A stretch of 64,000 nt of DNA from an uncultured Coprococcus sp. (lineage in GTDB: Bacteria; Bacillota; Clostridia; Lachnospirales; Lachnospiraceae): assembly GCA_934247115.1 (NCBI GenBank), contig CAKQIY010000011.1, positions 449 through 64,448 of the forward strand, in the 5' to 3' direction. Every line of letters begins with the position of its first letter. Position 1 is the stretch's first letter. Positions 28,868-39,557 of this stretch are shown here, piece after piece. The position numbers were made by a program, and so were the translations under genes. Under the pieces are notes generated by a model. That model was not told the origin of the DNA. It was given only the letters and a program-made list of their open reading frames with translations, and made no database searches.

Positions 28868-30742
28868 ATGACACAGCACTTGCAAACGATGGTGTGTGAA
28901 TACACTATACTGATAATCATGCTCTATATAGGTGTGAGGTGCCTTAATCAAAGAAATAATAAGATCATAAGATTGTTTTCTCATTTTGTATTCGGAGTAA
29001 TTGCTTTCCAGATAATAAATATACCCGTAAGAATGGTTGACGCAGGGCTGGTGCGTATGCCGTCCGCGGTGGTTTTTGTGTTGAATTGCGGATTCATGAT
29101 CGCAGAGATATTTGTGACATATGAATGGTTTTATTTTTTCGAGGGCATACAGAATTCATTCTTTGTGGAAAAAAAGATAATACGGGCATTGCGCAGTATT
29201 CCGCTTGTTCTGATGATTGTGCTGTGTGTGGTCTCGTGGTGGACAGGCTGGCTTTTCTACGTGGATGATACGGGCATGTATCGCAGAGGAGCATTGTTCG
29301 CACTTCAGGTGGTACTTCCATATACCTATGTATTTGTGACACTCGTCAGTGCGATAGTATATTCCATTACCAGAAGAGAGAAAAGATCTGCCGTTATCAT
29401 AACTATAGCACTCATACCTGCGCTTATATGTTCAGTGTTGCAGATTGTTGCGGGTGGTTCTTATGTTTTGGTTGGACTGACGCTTTCGGCGATGTTCGTG
29501 TATATAGAGCTCTGCATGGAGGATATCAGAAAGGTTGAGAAGCTTGAGGTTATCGAGAAGGCCAACCACGAGCTGGAGAATGCCCTGGATATGGCGAATA
29601 AGGCTAACAACGCCAAGACGGTGTTCCTCAACTCCATGTCTCATGATATAAGAACCCCAATGAATGCGATAATAGGCTTCACAGACCTTCTGAATGACAA
29701 CCTGTCCGACCAGGACAAGGCGCGCGATTATATAGCCAAGATCAGATCATCAAGTGATTATCTGCTGTCCCTTATCAACAATGTATTGGAGATGGCAAGG
29801 ATAGAGAGCGGCAAGACAGAACTGGACGAGAGCAGTATATCACTCAAAAGTCTTGATTCGGTGTACTGGCTGTTTGAAAGTCAGATGAAGGAGAAGAACA
29901 TAGACTTTACATGGAATGTGAATGTGAAGCATAACAATATTCTATGTGATGTAGTGAAGATAAAAGAGATACTCATGAACATCATCAACAACGCATATAA
30001 GTATTCTCTTCCGGGAGACAGCGTTGCGGTGAAGATCGATGAGCTTCCGTGCGACAGGGATGGTTATGTGATGATACGCACGGTGGTCAGCGACACAGGA
30101 ATCGGAATGTCGGAGGATTTCCTGGAGCATTTATTTGAGGATTTCAGCAGGGAACAGACATCCACGGAGAGTGGACAGTTTGGAACAGGACTTGGTATGG
30201 CTATAGTTAAGAAGATAGTTGACCTTATGGGGGGAGATATAGACGTGCAGAGTGAACCGGGAAAGGGTACGACATTTACTGTTACACTTGAGCACCGTAT
30301 ATCCCAGAATGTTGAGGATGCTGGTTCGGTAGAGAAGCGCAACGAGGATTATTCGTTTGAGGGCAGAAGGATAATCCTGGCGGAGGATAACGATCTGAAC
30401 GCAGAGATAGCAATGACGATACTTGCCGGTGCGGGCATGGAGGTCGACCGAGCCGCAGACGGAATCCAGTGTATAGACATGCTGGAGAAAGCGGAACCGG
30501 GATACTACGATCTCATCCTCATGGATATACAGATGCCGAACATGGATGGTTACAAGGCGACCATGCTCATACGAAAGCTGGACGACAGGCGCCTGGCGGA
30601 TATACCTATAATCGCCATGACTGCAAATGCGTTCAACGAAGACCGTAAGAAAGCCTTTGAGGTGGGCATGAACGGATATATAGCCAAGCCGATAAGCGCA
30701 GAGGATCTAAAGATGACGCTGGCTGGGATAGTGGAAGAATAA
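28868..30742 (+). CDS. Membrane-bound hybrid sensor histidine kinase (polytopic N-terminus, HisKA, HATPase, REC)
   Basis: 624 aa, about 6-7 N-terminal hydrophobic helices. H-box SHDIRTPMNAI. NNAYKYS, DTGIGM, GTGLGMAIV. Receiver LMDIQMPNMDG. Confidence 0.9.
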   Translation: MTQHLQTMVCEYTILIIMLYIGVRCLNQRNNKIIRLFSHFVFGVIAFQIINIPVRMVDAGLVRMPSAVVFVLNCGFMIAEIFVTYEWFYFFEGIQNSFFVEKKIIRALRSIPLVLMIVLCVVSWWTGWLFYVDDTGMYRRGALFALQVVLPYTYVFVTLVSAIVYSITRREKRSAVIITIALIPALICSVLQIVAGGSYVLVGLTLSAMFVYIELCMEDIRKVEKLEVIEKANHELENALDMANKANNAKTVFLNSMSHDIRTPMNAIIGFTDLLNDNLSDQDKARDYIAKIRSSSDYLLSLINNVLEMARIESGKTELDESSISLKSLDSVYWLFESQMKEKNIDFTWNVNVKHNNILCDVVKIKEILMNIINNAYKYSLPGDSVAVKIDELPCDRDGYVMIRTVVSDTGIGMSEDFLEHLFEDFSREQTSTESGQFGTGLGMAIVKKIVDLMGGDIDVQSEPGKGTTFTVTLEHRISQNVEDAGSVEKRNEDYSFEGRRIILAEDNDLNAEIAMTILAGAGMEVDRAADGIQCIDMLEKAEPGYYDLILMDIQMPNMDGYKATMLIRKLDDRRLADIPIIAMTANAFNEDRKKAFEVGMNGYIAKPISAEDLKMTLAGIVEE

Positions 30743-30811
30743 TTTTGATGATTTTCCACATAATAACTCCAAAGCAATTATTTAACATGCAATGGAGGGT
30801 TGATACTGTTT

Positions 30812-31357
30812 ATGAAGGCGACAGGAATAGTAAGAAGGATAGACGATCTTGGAAGAATAGTTGTTCCTAAGGAGATAAGGAAGGTTCTCAGAATAAGAGA
30901 GGGCGACCCGTTGGAGATATTTACCAGCAAGGAGGGCGAGATAGTTCTCAAGAAGTATTCGCCCATGGCTGATCTGACTGCGTTTGCACAGCAGTATGTG
31001 GAGGCCATATCCCAGAGCCTTGGACTGCCGGTTGCCATCACGGACCGGGATTCAGTCATAGCGGTGGCGGGAATGCCGAAGAAGGAGCTGATGGGCAAGG
31101 AGCTTCACAGTGAGCTGGAGAATGTGATAAATGACAGGAAGACGATAGTTGCCCGCAAGGGAGACGCGAAGTTTATACACATCACCACGGACGATATGGA
31201 TTATGATGGACAGGTCGTACAGACTATAATCTCGGAGGGGGATGCGGTGGGTGCAGTCATAGTTATTGTCAGGGACAGCACACACAGGATAAGCGAGATA
31301 GAGCAAAAAGCGGCGGTGATAGCTGCTGCTTTTCTTGGTAAACAGATGGAGGGATAG
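30812..31357 (+). CDS. spoVT: Stage V sporulation protein T (AbrB-family regulator)
   Basis: N-terminus MKATGIVRRIDDLGRIVVPKEIRKVLRIREGDPLEIF closely resembles B. subtilis SpoVT. About 181 aa including a GAF-like C-terminus. Confidence 0.92.
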   Translation: MKATGIVRRIDDLGRIVVPKEIRKVLRIREGDPLEIFTSKEGEIVLKKYSPMADLTAFAQQYVEAISQSLGLPVAITDRDSVIAVAGMPKKELMGKELHSELENVINDRKTIVARKGDAKFIHITTDDMDYDGQVVQTIISEGDAVGAVIVIVRDSTHRISEIEQKAAVIAAAFLGKQMEG

Positions 31358-31428
31358 TCCTCAATGAAAGAAATTGGCAAAAAGTAAGTAAAATCAAGGG
31401 GTTTCAGCCTCGAAATCCCTGATTTTCC

Positions 31429-31457
31429 TTGACAAATATAGCCATTTTAGGTATAAC
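31429..31457 (+). promoter_or_regulatory. Sigma-A type promoter upstream of the HU gene
   Basis: -35 ttgaca (31429-31434), exact 17-nt spacer, -10 tataac (31452-31457). Confidence 0.55.
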
Positions 31458-31546
31458 TATACATGTTGAGCTCGGAGTTTTTTGTTTGCGTGGTTCGTAA
31501 GCTGATTACGGAGGGCATTTATTTTTTTAAAGGAGGAAATTATCTA

Positions 31547-31819
31547 ATGAATAAGACAGAATTAGTTGCAGCAATCGCTGAGAAGACAGAATTATCAAAG
31601 AAGGACGCTGAGGCAGCATTAAAGGCTTTCACAGACGTTGTAGCAGACGAGTTAAAGAAAGGTGAGAAGATTCAGTTAGTTGGATTTGGTACATTCGAGG
31701 TATCAGAGAGACCAGCTAGAGAGGGTAGAAACCCAAGAACTGGCGAGACAATGACAATCGCTGCTTCAAAGGCACCTAAGTTCAAGGCTGGAAAGGCATT
31801 AAAGGATTCAATCAACTAA
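31547..31819 (+). CDS. hup: HU family DNA-binding protein
   Basis: MNKTELVAAIAEKT...VGFGTFEVSERPAREGRNPRTGE. The ATG at 31547 follows RBS aaaggagg. The track ORF's N-terminal extension from 31463 is not supported. Confidence 0.95.
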   Translation: MNKTELVAAIAEKTELSKKDAEAALKAFTDVVADELKKGEKIQLVGFGTFEVSERPAREGRNPRTGETMTIAASKAPKFKAGKALKDSIN

Positions 31820-31835
31820 TCTTTAAGGGTTTGAT

Positions 31836-32075
31836 ATGAGACTTGATAAGTACCTTAAGGTATCCAGAATCATCAAGAGAAGAACCGTGGCGAACGAGGC
31901 TTGTGATGCCGGAAGAGTCATGGTCAATGATAAGGTGGCAAAGGCTGGAACAGAAGTCAAGGTTGGCGATGTTATCGAGATAGCATTTGGCAACAAGACG
32001 GTGAAGGTTAGGGTTACCATGATTGCAGATTCCACGAAAAAGGAAGATGCAAAGGAAATGTTTGAATATGTGTAA
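31836..32075 (+). CDS. yabO: S4-domain RNA-binding protein (YabO-like)
   Basis: 79 aa. [36 protein letters not shown] is an S4 fold signature. It sits before yabP-yabQ-divIC, as in Bacillus. Confidence 0.85.
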   Translation: MRLDKYLKVSRIIKRRTVANEACDAGRVMVNDKVAKAGTEVKVGDVIEIAFGNKTVKVRVTMIADSTKKEDAKEMFEYV

Positions 32076-32076
32076 G

Positions 32077-32119
32077 AATATGCCGGAATATACGTAAGGT
32101 ATTCCGGCATATTTTTTTT
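32077..32119 (+). terminator. Rho-independent terminator
   Basis: Stem aatatgccggaata pairs with tattccggcatatt, followed by a T8 run. Confidence 0.85.
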
Positions 32120-32164
32120 GCCTGTTCATATAGTTTATTAAATAGCTTGAGAAGGTTTCTGAGA

Positions 32165-32437
32165 ATGGGGGAAGCAAATAAGACTAAGGCACATAAAGTG
32201 GTCATGGACAACAGGAACAATCTGTCCATGACAGGCATCACAAAGGTGACATCCATAGATCCGGATATGGTTCTGCTGGTTACTGAACAGGGGAAACTGA
32301 AGATAATAGGCAAGAATATGCAGGCCAATACATTGGACCTTGACAAGGGAATACTGGAACTCACAGGCAATATAAGTTCTATGATATATTCGGGGGATAA
32401 GGATGGAACATTCTCACTCAAGGGGCTGTTCAAATGA
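32165..32437 (+). CDS. yabP: Sporulation protein YabP
   Basis: HKVVMDNRNNLSMTGITKVTSIDPDMVLLVTEQGKLKIIGKNM matches the YabP family pattern. ATG at 32165; the track TTG start is 32147. Confidence 0.85.
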   Translation: MGEANKTKAHKVVMDNRNNLSMTGITKVTSIDPDMVLLVTEQGKLKIIGKNMQANTLDLDKGILELTGNISSMIYSGDKDGTFSLKGLFK

Positions 32438-32778
32438 TAAGCGATATGGTCAGACACCAGTTTGACAATTACTGGATATGTATTGCTGCCGGACTGGGAG
32501 CCGGAGTGTTTGGCGGCCTGCTCAATATGGCTGCAAGGCTGCTGGGGAACAGTCAGGTTGTGGTATGGATATGTGATATTGTGCTTTGGTTGGTATTAAG
32601 TGTGACAGTGGTAGCCGTCAATTACATATGTTGTGATGGGACTCTCCGGTTATATATTTTTTTAGGATTTTTTTCAGGATTTTTACTCAGCTATTGCACA
32701 ATAAATTGGGGAACATCCAAAATCGCAATCCACATATTGTATCACAAACAAAAAGATTCAGAAAATGTGAAAATGTGA
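32434..32778 (+). CDS. yabQ: Spore cortex biosynthesis protein YabQ-like membrane protein
   Basis: 114 aa, 3-4 hydrophobic helices. Start overlaps the yabP stop (ATGA). The call rests mainly on its conserved position. Confidence 0.6.
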   Translation: MISDMVRHQFDNYWICIAAGLGAGVFGGLLNMAARLLGNSQVVVWICDIVLWLVLSVTVVAVNYICCDGTLRLYIFLGFFSGFLLSYCTINWGTSKIAIHILYHKQKDSENVKM

Positions 32779-32792
32779 GAGCAAAAAGTGCG

Positions 32793-32821
32793 TTGACATA
32801 AAGCGCGTTAAATAGTAAAAT
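32793..32821 (+). promoter_or_regulatory. Candidate sigma-A promoter upstream of divIC, overlapped by an 8-bp inverted repeat
   Basis: -35 ttgaca (32793-32798), 17-nt spacer, -10 taaaat (32816-32821). Inverted repeat ttgacata / tatgtcaa at 32793-32800 and 32823-32830. Confidence 0.5.
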
Positions 32822-32917
32822 TATGTCAATATGTTCGTCAGAACGTGCGTTTTTTGTATATTATTACAAAAAAATACGCAGATAAGTTAGAATAAGTAAT
32901 GAATGGGGAGTTTCTGA

Positions 32918-33244
32918 ATGAGTAAGACTGTTGGCAGAACAGATAATAAGAAAAAGAAGAATACATTGAATTCCAGATTTGGAATGATAGTCGTTGTGAG
33001 CTGTCTGGTTCTGCTTGCTATAGTTGTAATGTACAAGGCACAGGATCTCAAGGCTCAGAAGGAGAGTCTGCAGGTACAGGCTGCCGAGCTTCAGGATCAG
33101 CTTGATGATGCCAAGAGGGAGTATAACAAGCTTGAAGAGAGAGAAAAGTATATGAAGACAGATGACTATGTAGAGGATGTGGCCAGGTCACAGCTGGGTC
33201 TGGTATATCCGGATGAGATAGTTATCAAACCGGAAGAAAAGTAG
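32918..33244 (+). CDS. divIC: Septum formation initiator (DivIC/FtsB family)
   Basis: 108 aa. Basic N-terminus, single TM segment, coiled coil (QAAELQDQLDDAKREYNKLEEREKY), conserved C-terminal ARSQLGLVYPDEIV. Confidence 0.75.
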   Translation: MSKTVGRTDNKKKKNTLNSRFGMIVVVSCLVLLAIVVMYKAQDLKAQKESLQVQAAELQDQLDDAKREYNKLEEREKYMKTDDYVEDVARSQLGLVYPDEIVIKPEEK

Positions 33245-33271
33245 ATAATACACAGAATAAGATCATAATAA

Positions 33272-33307
33272 AGCGGATGCTGGTCACAGCATTCGCTATT
33301 TTTTTTG
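33272..33307 (+). terminator. Rho-independent terminator after divIC
   Basis: Stem agcggatgctg pairs with cagcattcgct (one G-U pair), followed by atttttttt. Confidence 0.75.
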
Positions 33308-33361
33308 CCGTGTATGTATATATACTTCTTGTCACATAAAACAGAAGGTGGGAGGCCGGCT

Positions 33362-35491
33362 ATGAGTGATAAAGTTAGAAAGTATATGTGTATGTGTGTG
33401 ATGGCACTATTGTGCCTGATTGGCGGAGCATGTGTGATATGGGGGCTTGCTCCCGTTGCTGTGGCCATGTATATAGTGTGTAGTGCTGTGTCCGGAGGAT
33501 ATGTGGTGATGTGTGCGGCAACCATGCTGGGTGTGGCTGCCGGGACGATGTGGGGTGTGGACGGGATGAGTACATATCTGTATCCCGGAGTGGATTATTC
33601 CGGGTATATGGTGCTCAGAAAATATATGATCCTGCTGGGGCTGGTCATGTGTCTGTTGAAGCTGACAGCAGTGCTTGGACGAGACCGGGATGATAGGGCA
33701 GACCGGAAAAATGGACGTATAGGAGGTGGACTTCTGACCGTGTGTGCCATTGCTTCTGCAGTGGCAGATATGGTGATGTACTATCAGAAGCCACAGATGG
33801 GGTGTATATACGGAGCGGTATCAGCAGTGGCATTTGTATGCATATATAATATAGTAAGGCCGGGAATAGTCATGCTGAGGGATAGGCTGTGCGATGAAGA
33901 GAAAGTATCCGCAGGTGATTCTGATGGCGATCTGAATCAGGGCATAGTAAGTCTGATGGCGGTATCAGCCGTATTCCTGTGGGTTATGCCGATGGATATA
34001 ACGTTTCATATCAATATATCACTGGTGATGGGGTTATGGATGCTTATATATGTAATATACAGGACCGGCGCTGTATATGGATGTGGAATGGCTGTTGTCG
34101 TAGGTGCGGTGACGGCAGTGAAACTGCATAGAAGTGAATGGTTTATGTGCATCATGCTGGCAGCACTTGTCATGCTGATAGGCAGGGCACTTCCAGGAAG
34201 AAGAAAGTGGACAGCCTGTGCATTCTATATAGTCGGGGGTATTCTGGCTGCGGTGGCAGGAGGCTATGAGCTTGTTCAGACAGGTGGGCTGGATGTGATG
34301 GGCATTCTTATAAGTGTATCTGCACCGGTGGTATTGTTCCTGAGTATCCCACGATCCCTTCTTGGAAGTGTGGTCAGGGAGACGAGCCTGGCATGCATCC
34401 AGGCGGCGGCTACGGATATGAACAGGATGACGGTATCCAAGATGGAGGATATGGCAAATACATTCAGGCGTCTTGATTATACATTTGCTGGAGGCGATGA
34501 ACCGGGGATAAGCCTGAGTCAGGTGGGAGATCTGGTGGACGGCTTCCGAAAGCAGATAGACCGTATCGGGGAAGCCCGGGAGATCGTGGATGACAGGCTC
34601 ATTAGTCAGATCAGAGCCATGGGGATGGATGATCTGAGGATCACTGCCACGTTGGACAAGGGTGGGAGAAGCAAATTCTACGTGTCAGGGAAGACTGCGG
34701 GACAGGGATTGGTGCTTTCCAGACAGGTGGCAGATGTGCTTAGTGAGTATTTTGACAGGAACATAAGGGTGGGAATGAATTCACCGAGCCTGTTCTTCGA
34801 CGAGTACAGATCCGCAGTGTACGAGGAAAATGCCAGGTATAAGGGAAGATACCACGTCAGAAGAATAAAGAAGTGCGGATCTCCGGTGTCAGGGGATAAT
34901 TTCTCTGTGAAGGAATATGATGATGGCAGACTGGTTATGATGCTTTCAGATGGCATGGGAAGTGGCAGCCTGGCATCATGTGAGAGCTGCATGATGCTGG
35001 ATACCATGGAGGAACTGCTTGAGGCCGGATTTGATCCGGAATACAGCATTGCATTTGCCAACAAATGCATGACCAGAAGAAACCAGGGACGATCATTTAC
35101 TACATTTGACATGCTTGTGATAGATATGTATGATGGTGCTATGACGAGCTATAAGCAGGGCGCAGCCGCCACTTATATACTGCATCCCGGCAAGGATGGT
35201 AACTCGGTAAAAGCCATACTCAGCACAACTCTTCCCATAGGAGTGCTGGATGAGACAGACTGTGATGTGGAGACCGGACGGCTTGAAAAAGGAGATGCGG
35301 TAATCATGATAAGTGATGGCATATGTGATATGGATGAGGATGGCAGCCTGCAGAGAGTTCTGAGAGAGATAAGGATAGGAGACAGCCGGAGAATGGTGGA
35401 TGAGATACTGGGCAGGATGCTTGGTCAGGATAGTCTCACGCCGAGAGATGATGTGACAGTTATGGCTGCGGTCATAGACCGGTCGGAATAG
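33362..35491 (+). CDS. spoIIE: Stage II sporulation protein E (polytopic membrane domain plus PP2C phosphatase)
   Basis: About 10 hydrophobic helices, then PP2C motifs MLSDGMGSGSLAS and ISDGICD. It sits before tilS-hpt-ftsH, as in Bacillus. The ATG at 33362 follows SD ggtgggagg. Confidence 0.85.
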   Translation: MSDKVRKYMCMCVMALLCLIGGACVIWGLAPVAVAMYIVCSAVSGGYVVMCAATMLGVAAGTMWGVDGMSTYLYPGVDYSGYMVLRKYMILLGLVMCLLKLTAVLGRDRDDRADRKNGRIGGGLLTVCAIASAVADMVMYYQKPQMGCIYGAVSAVAFVCIYNIVRPGIVMLRDRLCDEEKVSAGDSDGDLNQGIVSLMAVSAVFLWVMPMDITFHINISLVMGLWMLIYVIYRTGAVYGCGMAVVVGAVTAVKLHRSEWFMCIMLAALVMLIGRALPGRRKWTACAFYIVGGILAAVAGGYELVQTGGLDVMGILISVSAPVVLFLSIPRSLLGSVVRETSLACIQAAATDMNRMTVSKMEDMANTFRRLDYTFAGGDEPGISLSQVGDLVDGFRKQIDRIGEAREIVDDRLISQIRAMGMDDLRITATLDKGGRSKFYVSGKTAGQGLVLSRQVADVLSEYFDRNIRVGMNSPSLFFDEYRSAVYEENARYKGRYHVRRIKKCGSPVSGDNFSVKEYDDGRLVMMLSDGMGSGSLASCESCMMLDTMEELLEAGFDPEYSIAFANKCMTRRNQGRSFTTFDMLVIDMYDGAMTSYKQGAAATYILHPGKDGNSVKAILSTTLPIGVLDETDCDVETGRLEKGDAVIMISDGICDMDEDGSLQRVLREIRIGDSRRMVDEILGRMLGQDSLTPRDDVTVMAAVIDRSE

Positions 35492-35502
35492 AGGATAAAG
35501 AT

Positions 35503-36966
35503 ATGGACATATTTGAGAGAAAGGTTCTTGACAGTATTGAGAGATACCACATGCTGGATGGCGTGAAGCACTGCGTATGTGGAGTATCAGGCGGGGCGGA
35601 TTCCGTAAGCCTCCTGACTGTGCTTGCAAGATACAGGGAGAAGTTAGGGATACAGCTTCATGTGGTGCATATCAACCACATGATCAGAGGTGCAGCTGCT
35701 GACGGGGATCAGCGGTATGTGGAGAACCTGTGCAGAGATTATGGTGTGGACTGTACCGCATACAATATAGATGTACAGGCGATGGCTGCAGAGCGTGGAC
35801 TCACGGTCGAGGAGGCCGGAAGGATAGCAAGGTATGACATGTTTGGCAGGGTGAGAGCAGAATATGCTCCTGAGGGCTGTGTGACTGCGGTGGCCCACAA
35901 TTGCAACGATGTGGCCGAGACGGTGATATTCAATATAGCCAGAGGTACGGGTATAGGTGGTGTCAAAGGCATAACTCCAGTTAGAGGGAGTATCATCAGA
36001 CCTCTTCTGGAGTGTGGACGCCCTGAGATAGAGGCGTATCTTGACCGGCAGGGAATAGCATACTGTACAGATGCTACCAACAATGAAGATGACTACACCC
36101 GTAACAGGATAAGGCACATGATACTTCCGGTTATGGAGGAGATCAATTCTCAGGCTGTGGAGCACATATGCGCCATGGCACGAAATGCAGGAGAGTATGA
36201 GCGCCTTGCAAATGATATGGCGGACAATTTCCTGCGCAGACAGGGTATAGATGTGCTTATTGCGGACTGCGGATGGAGCGGACAGACAGCTGTAAAGGAC
36301 AGCTTTGCGGTCAGTCTGCCGGAGTTGTCGGCACAGGACCGGCTCGTACAGGAACTGGTCATAAGGCATCTCATAGGACTTGTGTGTGGTGGACTGAAGG
36401 ATATAGGAAGAAGTCATGTGGCCGAGGTCAGAAAGCTGTACATAGCAGATACTGGGGCAGGGATAGATCTTCCGGGCCGCGGGAGAGTGTATGTACAGTA
36501 TGGACAGCTGGTATTTGCTGCGGACCCTGATGAGAAAAAGTATCATCAACAGGACGATGAGACTACAGATGTGTGTGTGGATATAGACTGTGAGGCTTCC
36601 GGGAAATATGAAACCCGGCTTGGAACACTTACGGTGAGCATATACGACAGGCCGGATAACCTTAATCTGGCAAAAAAAGAGTATACGAAGTTTCTTGATT
36701 ATGATAAAATAGGAAAGTGTTTGCAGTTGCGGACATTTGTGCAAGGTGATCATATAGTGGTCAATTCTTCGGGCTCGAACAAGAAGCTCAATCGTCTGTT
36801 CACGGATTGCAAGATTCCGGCAGATGTGAGACAGAGTATTCCACTGGTGGCATCAGGATCAGAGATCGTGTGGGCCATTGGGGTAAGAATTGGTGAGAAC
36901 TACAAGGTGACAGATAATACACAGAAGATAATAGAGATGAGATTTGACAGGAGGAAACAGAGTTGA
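35503..36966 (+). CDS. tilS: tRNA(Ile)-lysidine synthase
   Basis: PP-loop CGVSGGADSVSLL. 487 aa. Confidence 0.92.
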   Translation: MDIFERKVLDSIERYHMLDGVKHCVCGVSGGADSVSLLTVLARYREKLGIQLHVVHINHMIRGAAADGDQRYVENLCRDYGVDCTAYNIDVQAMAAERGLTVEEAGRIARYDMFGRVRAEYAPEGCVTAVAHNCNDVAETVIFNIARGTGIGGVKGITPVRGSIIRPLLECGRPEIEAYLDRQGIAYCTDATNNEDDYTRNRIRHMILPVMEEINSQAVEHICAMARNAGEYERLANDMADNFLRRQGIDVLIADCGWSGQTAVKDSFAVSLPELSAQDRLVQELVIRHLIGLVCGGLKDIGRSHVAEVRKLYIADTGAGIDLPGRGRVYVQYGQLVFAADPDEKKYHQQDDETTDVCVDIDCEASGKYETRLGTLTVSIYDRPDNLNLAKKEYTKFLDYDKIGKCLQLRTFVQGDHIVVNSSGSNKKLNRLFTDCKIPADVRQSIPLVASGSEIVWAIGVRIGENYKVTDNTQKIIEMRFDRRKQS

Positions 36967-37484
36967 AAGAACAGATTGGTGTTATGATCAGCAGCAGCGA
37001 GGTTGAGTCAAGAATAGCTGAGATGGCTGAGGCCATAGACAGGGCGTATGAGGGCAAGACGGTTCATCTGATAGGAATACTTAAGGGAAGCGTATTCTTT
37101 ATGTGTGAACTGGCCAAAAGAATGAAGAGCCCGGTTACCATGGATTTCATGTCGGTCAGCAGCTATGGAGATGGCACCCAGTCATCAGGAATAGTGAAGC
37201 TTAACAAGGATCTTGATGAGTCCATAGAGGGCAGGGATGTTATTGTAGTGGAGGACATACTTGATTCAGGAAGAACACTTTCTTATCTTATCAAGCTTCT
37301 GGGCGAGAGAAAGCCTGCAAGTCTCAATGTTATCACATTGCTTGACAAGCCGGACAGACGTGTTATACCAGTTGAGCTGTACATGACAGGCTTCGAGATT
37401 CCAGACAGATTCGTTGTCGGATATGGCCTTGACTGTGCACAGAAGTACAGAAACCTACCATATGTAGGTGTGATAGAACAGTAA
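36963..37484 (+). CDS. hpt: Hypoxanthine phosphoribosyltransferase
   Basis: PRPP motif VIVVEDILDSGRTLS. TTG start at 36963, 7 nt after SD aggagga (36949-36955), overlapping the tilS stop. An alternative ATG is at 36984. Confidence 0.92.
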   Translation: MKEQIGVMISSSEVESRIAEMAEAIDRAYEGKTVHLIGILKGSVFFMCELAKRMKSPVTMDFMSVSSYGDGTQSSGIVKLNKDLDESIEGRDVIVVEDILDSGRTLSYLIKLLGERKPASLNVITLLDKPDRRVIPVELYMTGFEIPDRFVVGYGLDCAQKYRNLPYVGVIEQ

Positions 37485-37501
37485 ATTTATAAGGAGCATA
37501 T

Positions 37502-39469
37502 ATGAACAAGAGAAAAGTCAGAAATGGAATGCTGATCTATCTGCTTATCCTTATTGTTGCTTTTATATTGATAAACAGGTGGATGCAGAGTGATACAAAT
37601 GTCACAACTACCTATAGTTATACAGATCTGACCGAGGATCTGGATGATGGCAAGATATCGGCACTGAGCATAAATCAGAATGCGGAGATACCTACAGCAG
37701 TTGTAGAGGTCCAGTTTACAAATGGCAAGAGCCTTGCATTCTATGCGTCGGATGTGAACGATGTGCTGGATATATATAACACATATCAGAAAAAAATCGA
37801 TTCTTACAATTCAACTGTAAGCGATGACAGCGACAAGAAGCCTGTCGTAAAGTACAGTCTGAATGATGTGGAAAAGACAAGTATATGGAGCGTGATCATA
37901 CCTTATGTGCTGGTCATGGTCGTACTTATGCTTATCATGATGCTTTTCATGAGATCAGCCCAGGGTGGCGGTGGCAGCCAGATGATGACATTTGGCAAAA
38001 GCAGGGCGCGCAAGGCTGATGAGAAGGACAAGAAGGTAACCTTCAAGGATGTTGCAGGACTTCAGGAGGAGAAGGAAGATCTGGAAGAGATAGTAAGCTT
38101 CCTCAAGGATCCAAAGAAGTTTATTGCAGTCGGAGCGCGTATACCTAAGGGAGTTCTTCTTGAGGGCCCTCCGGGAACAGGTAAGACTCTCATGGCAAAG
38201 GCCATAGCAGGAGAGGCTGGGGTTCCATTCTTCAGCATATCAGGATCTGATTTTGTGGAGATGTTTGTAGGTGTAGGTGCTTCCAGAGTGAGAGACCTCT
38301 TTGCTGAGGCTGAGAAGAATGCACCATGTATTATATTTATTGATGAGATTGATGCGGTAGCAAGACAGAGAGGTTCAGGTCTTGGCGGTGGCCATGACGA
38401 GCGTGAGCAGACTCTTAACCAGCTGCTTGTAGAGATGGATGGTTTCGGTGTGAATGAGGGAATCATCGTTCTTGCAGCGACCAACCGAGTAGATATACTG
38501 GATAAGGCTATTCTTCGTCCGGGTCGTTTTGACAGAAAGATACCTGTCAATACTCCTGATGTAAAGGGCAGGGAGGATATCCTCAAGATCCATGTGAAAA
38601 ACAAGCCCCTTGCGCAGGATGTGGATCTCCACGAGATCGCAAGGACCACACCTGGATTTGCCGGCGCAGATCTTGAGAATCTGATGAATGAGTCAGCCAT
38701 TGCAGCCGCAAAGGCGGGCAGGGCATATATTACCAAGGAGGATGTGGACAGATCCTTCATCAAGGTTGGAATCGGCGGAGAGAAGAGAAGCCGTCTTGTT
38801 CCTGAGAGTGAGAGAAGGATCACTGCATATCATGAATCAGGACATGCGCTGCTGTTCCATCTTCTCCCTCATGTTGGACCTGTACATCTTGTGTCCATCA
38901 TACCAACAGGAATGGGTGCCGGTGGATATACCATGCCTCTCCCTGAGAATGACAATATATTCATGACCAAGGGGAAGATGCTGGATGAGATCAGGGTAAG
39001 CCTTGGTGGAAGAATCGCTGAGGAGATGATATTCGACGATATCACCACGGGCGCATCACAGGATATAAAGGAGGCCAGCAAGTACGCAAGAGCCATGGTC
39101 ACCAAGTACGGTATGTCTGATAAGCTGGGGCTGATCAACTATGAGAGCAACGACCAGGAGGAGGTATTCCTCGGAAGAGATCTGGGACATTCGAGAGAGT
39201 ACAGTGAAGAGGTTGCAGCTGCCATAGATGCAGAGGTAAAGCGTATTGTTGACGAGTGCTACAAGGAGGCCCGTGCAATTCTGGAGGCGAATATAGATAT
39301 TCTTCACAAGTGTGCCAATCTGCTGCTTGAAAAGGAGAGGATCTCAAGACCTGAATTCGAGGCACTGTTCGTAGATGAACAGGCTGACAGCGTGGCCGAG
39401 AATGCGCAGAGCGCAGAGGCAGTACAGGGAGCTGCCGGTCAGACATCAGAGAACCAGACAGATAGATAG
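37502..39469 (+). CDS. ftsH: ATP-dependent zinc metalloprotease FtsH
   Basis: Walker A GPPGTGKT, Walker [12 protein letters not shown] region, zinc site HESGHAL. 655 aa. Confidence 0.97.
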   Translation: MNKRKVRNGMLIYLLILIVAFILINRWMQSDTNVTTTYSYTDLTEDLDDGKISALSINQNAEIPTAVVEVQFTNGKSLAFYASDVNDVLDIYNTYQKKIDSYNSTVSDDSDKKPVVKYSLNDVEKTSIWSVIIPYVLVMVVLMLIMMLFMRSAQGGGGSQMMTFGKSRARKADEKDKKVTFKDVAGLQEEKEDLEEIVSFLKDPKKFIAVGARIPKGVLLEGPPGTGKTLMAKAIAGEAGVPFFSISGSDFVEMFVGVGASRVRDLFAEAEKNAPCIIFIDEIDAVARQRGSGLGGGHDEREQTLNQLLVEMDGFGVNEGIIVLAATNRVDILDKAILRPGRFDRKIPVNTPDVKGREDILKIHVKNKPLAQDVDLHEIARTTPGFAGADLENLMNESAIAAAKAGRAYITKEDVDRSFIKVGIGGEKRSRLVPESERRITAYHESGHALLFHLLPHVGPVHLVSIIPTGMGAGGYTMPLPENDNIFMTKGKMLDEIRVSLGGRIAEEMIFDDITTGASQDIKEASKYARAMVTKYGMSDKLGLINYESNDQEEVFLGRDLGHSREYSEEVAAAIDAEVKRIVDECYKEARAILEANIDILHKCANLLLEKERISRPEFEALFVDEQADSVAENAQSAEAVQGAAGQTSENQTDR

Positions 39470-39488
39470 TTGCATAGTTATAGCATAG

Positions 39489-39522
39489 ATGCCCGCAAGT
39501 ATGTATTGCGGGCATTTGTCTT
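39489..39522 (+). terminator. Terminator after ftsH
   Basis: Stem atgcccgcaa pairs with ttgcgggcat, followed by ttgtctta. Confidence 0.6.
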
Positions 39523-39557
39523 ATATCTGACAGATATGACAGAAGGGAGAACAAGGG

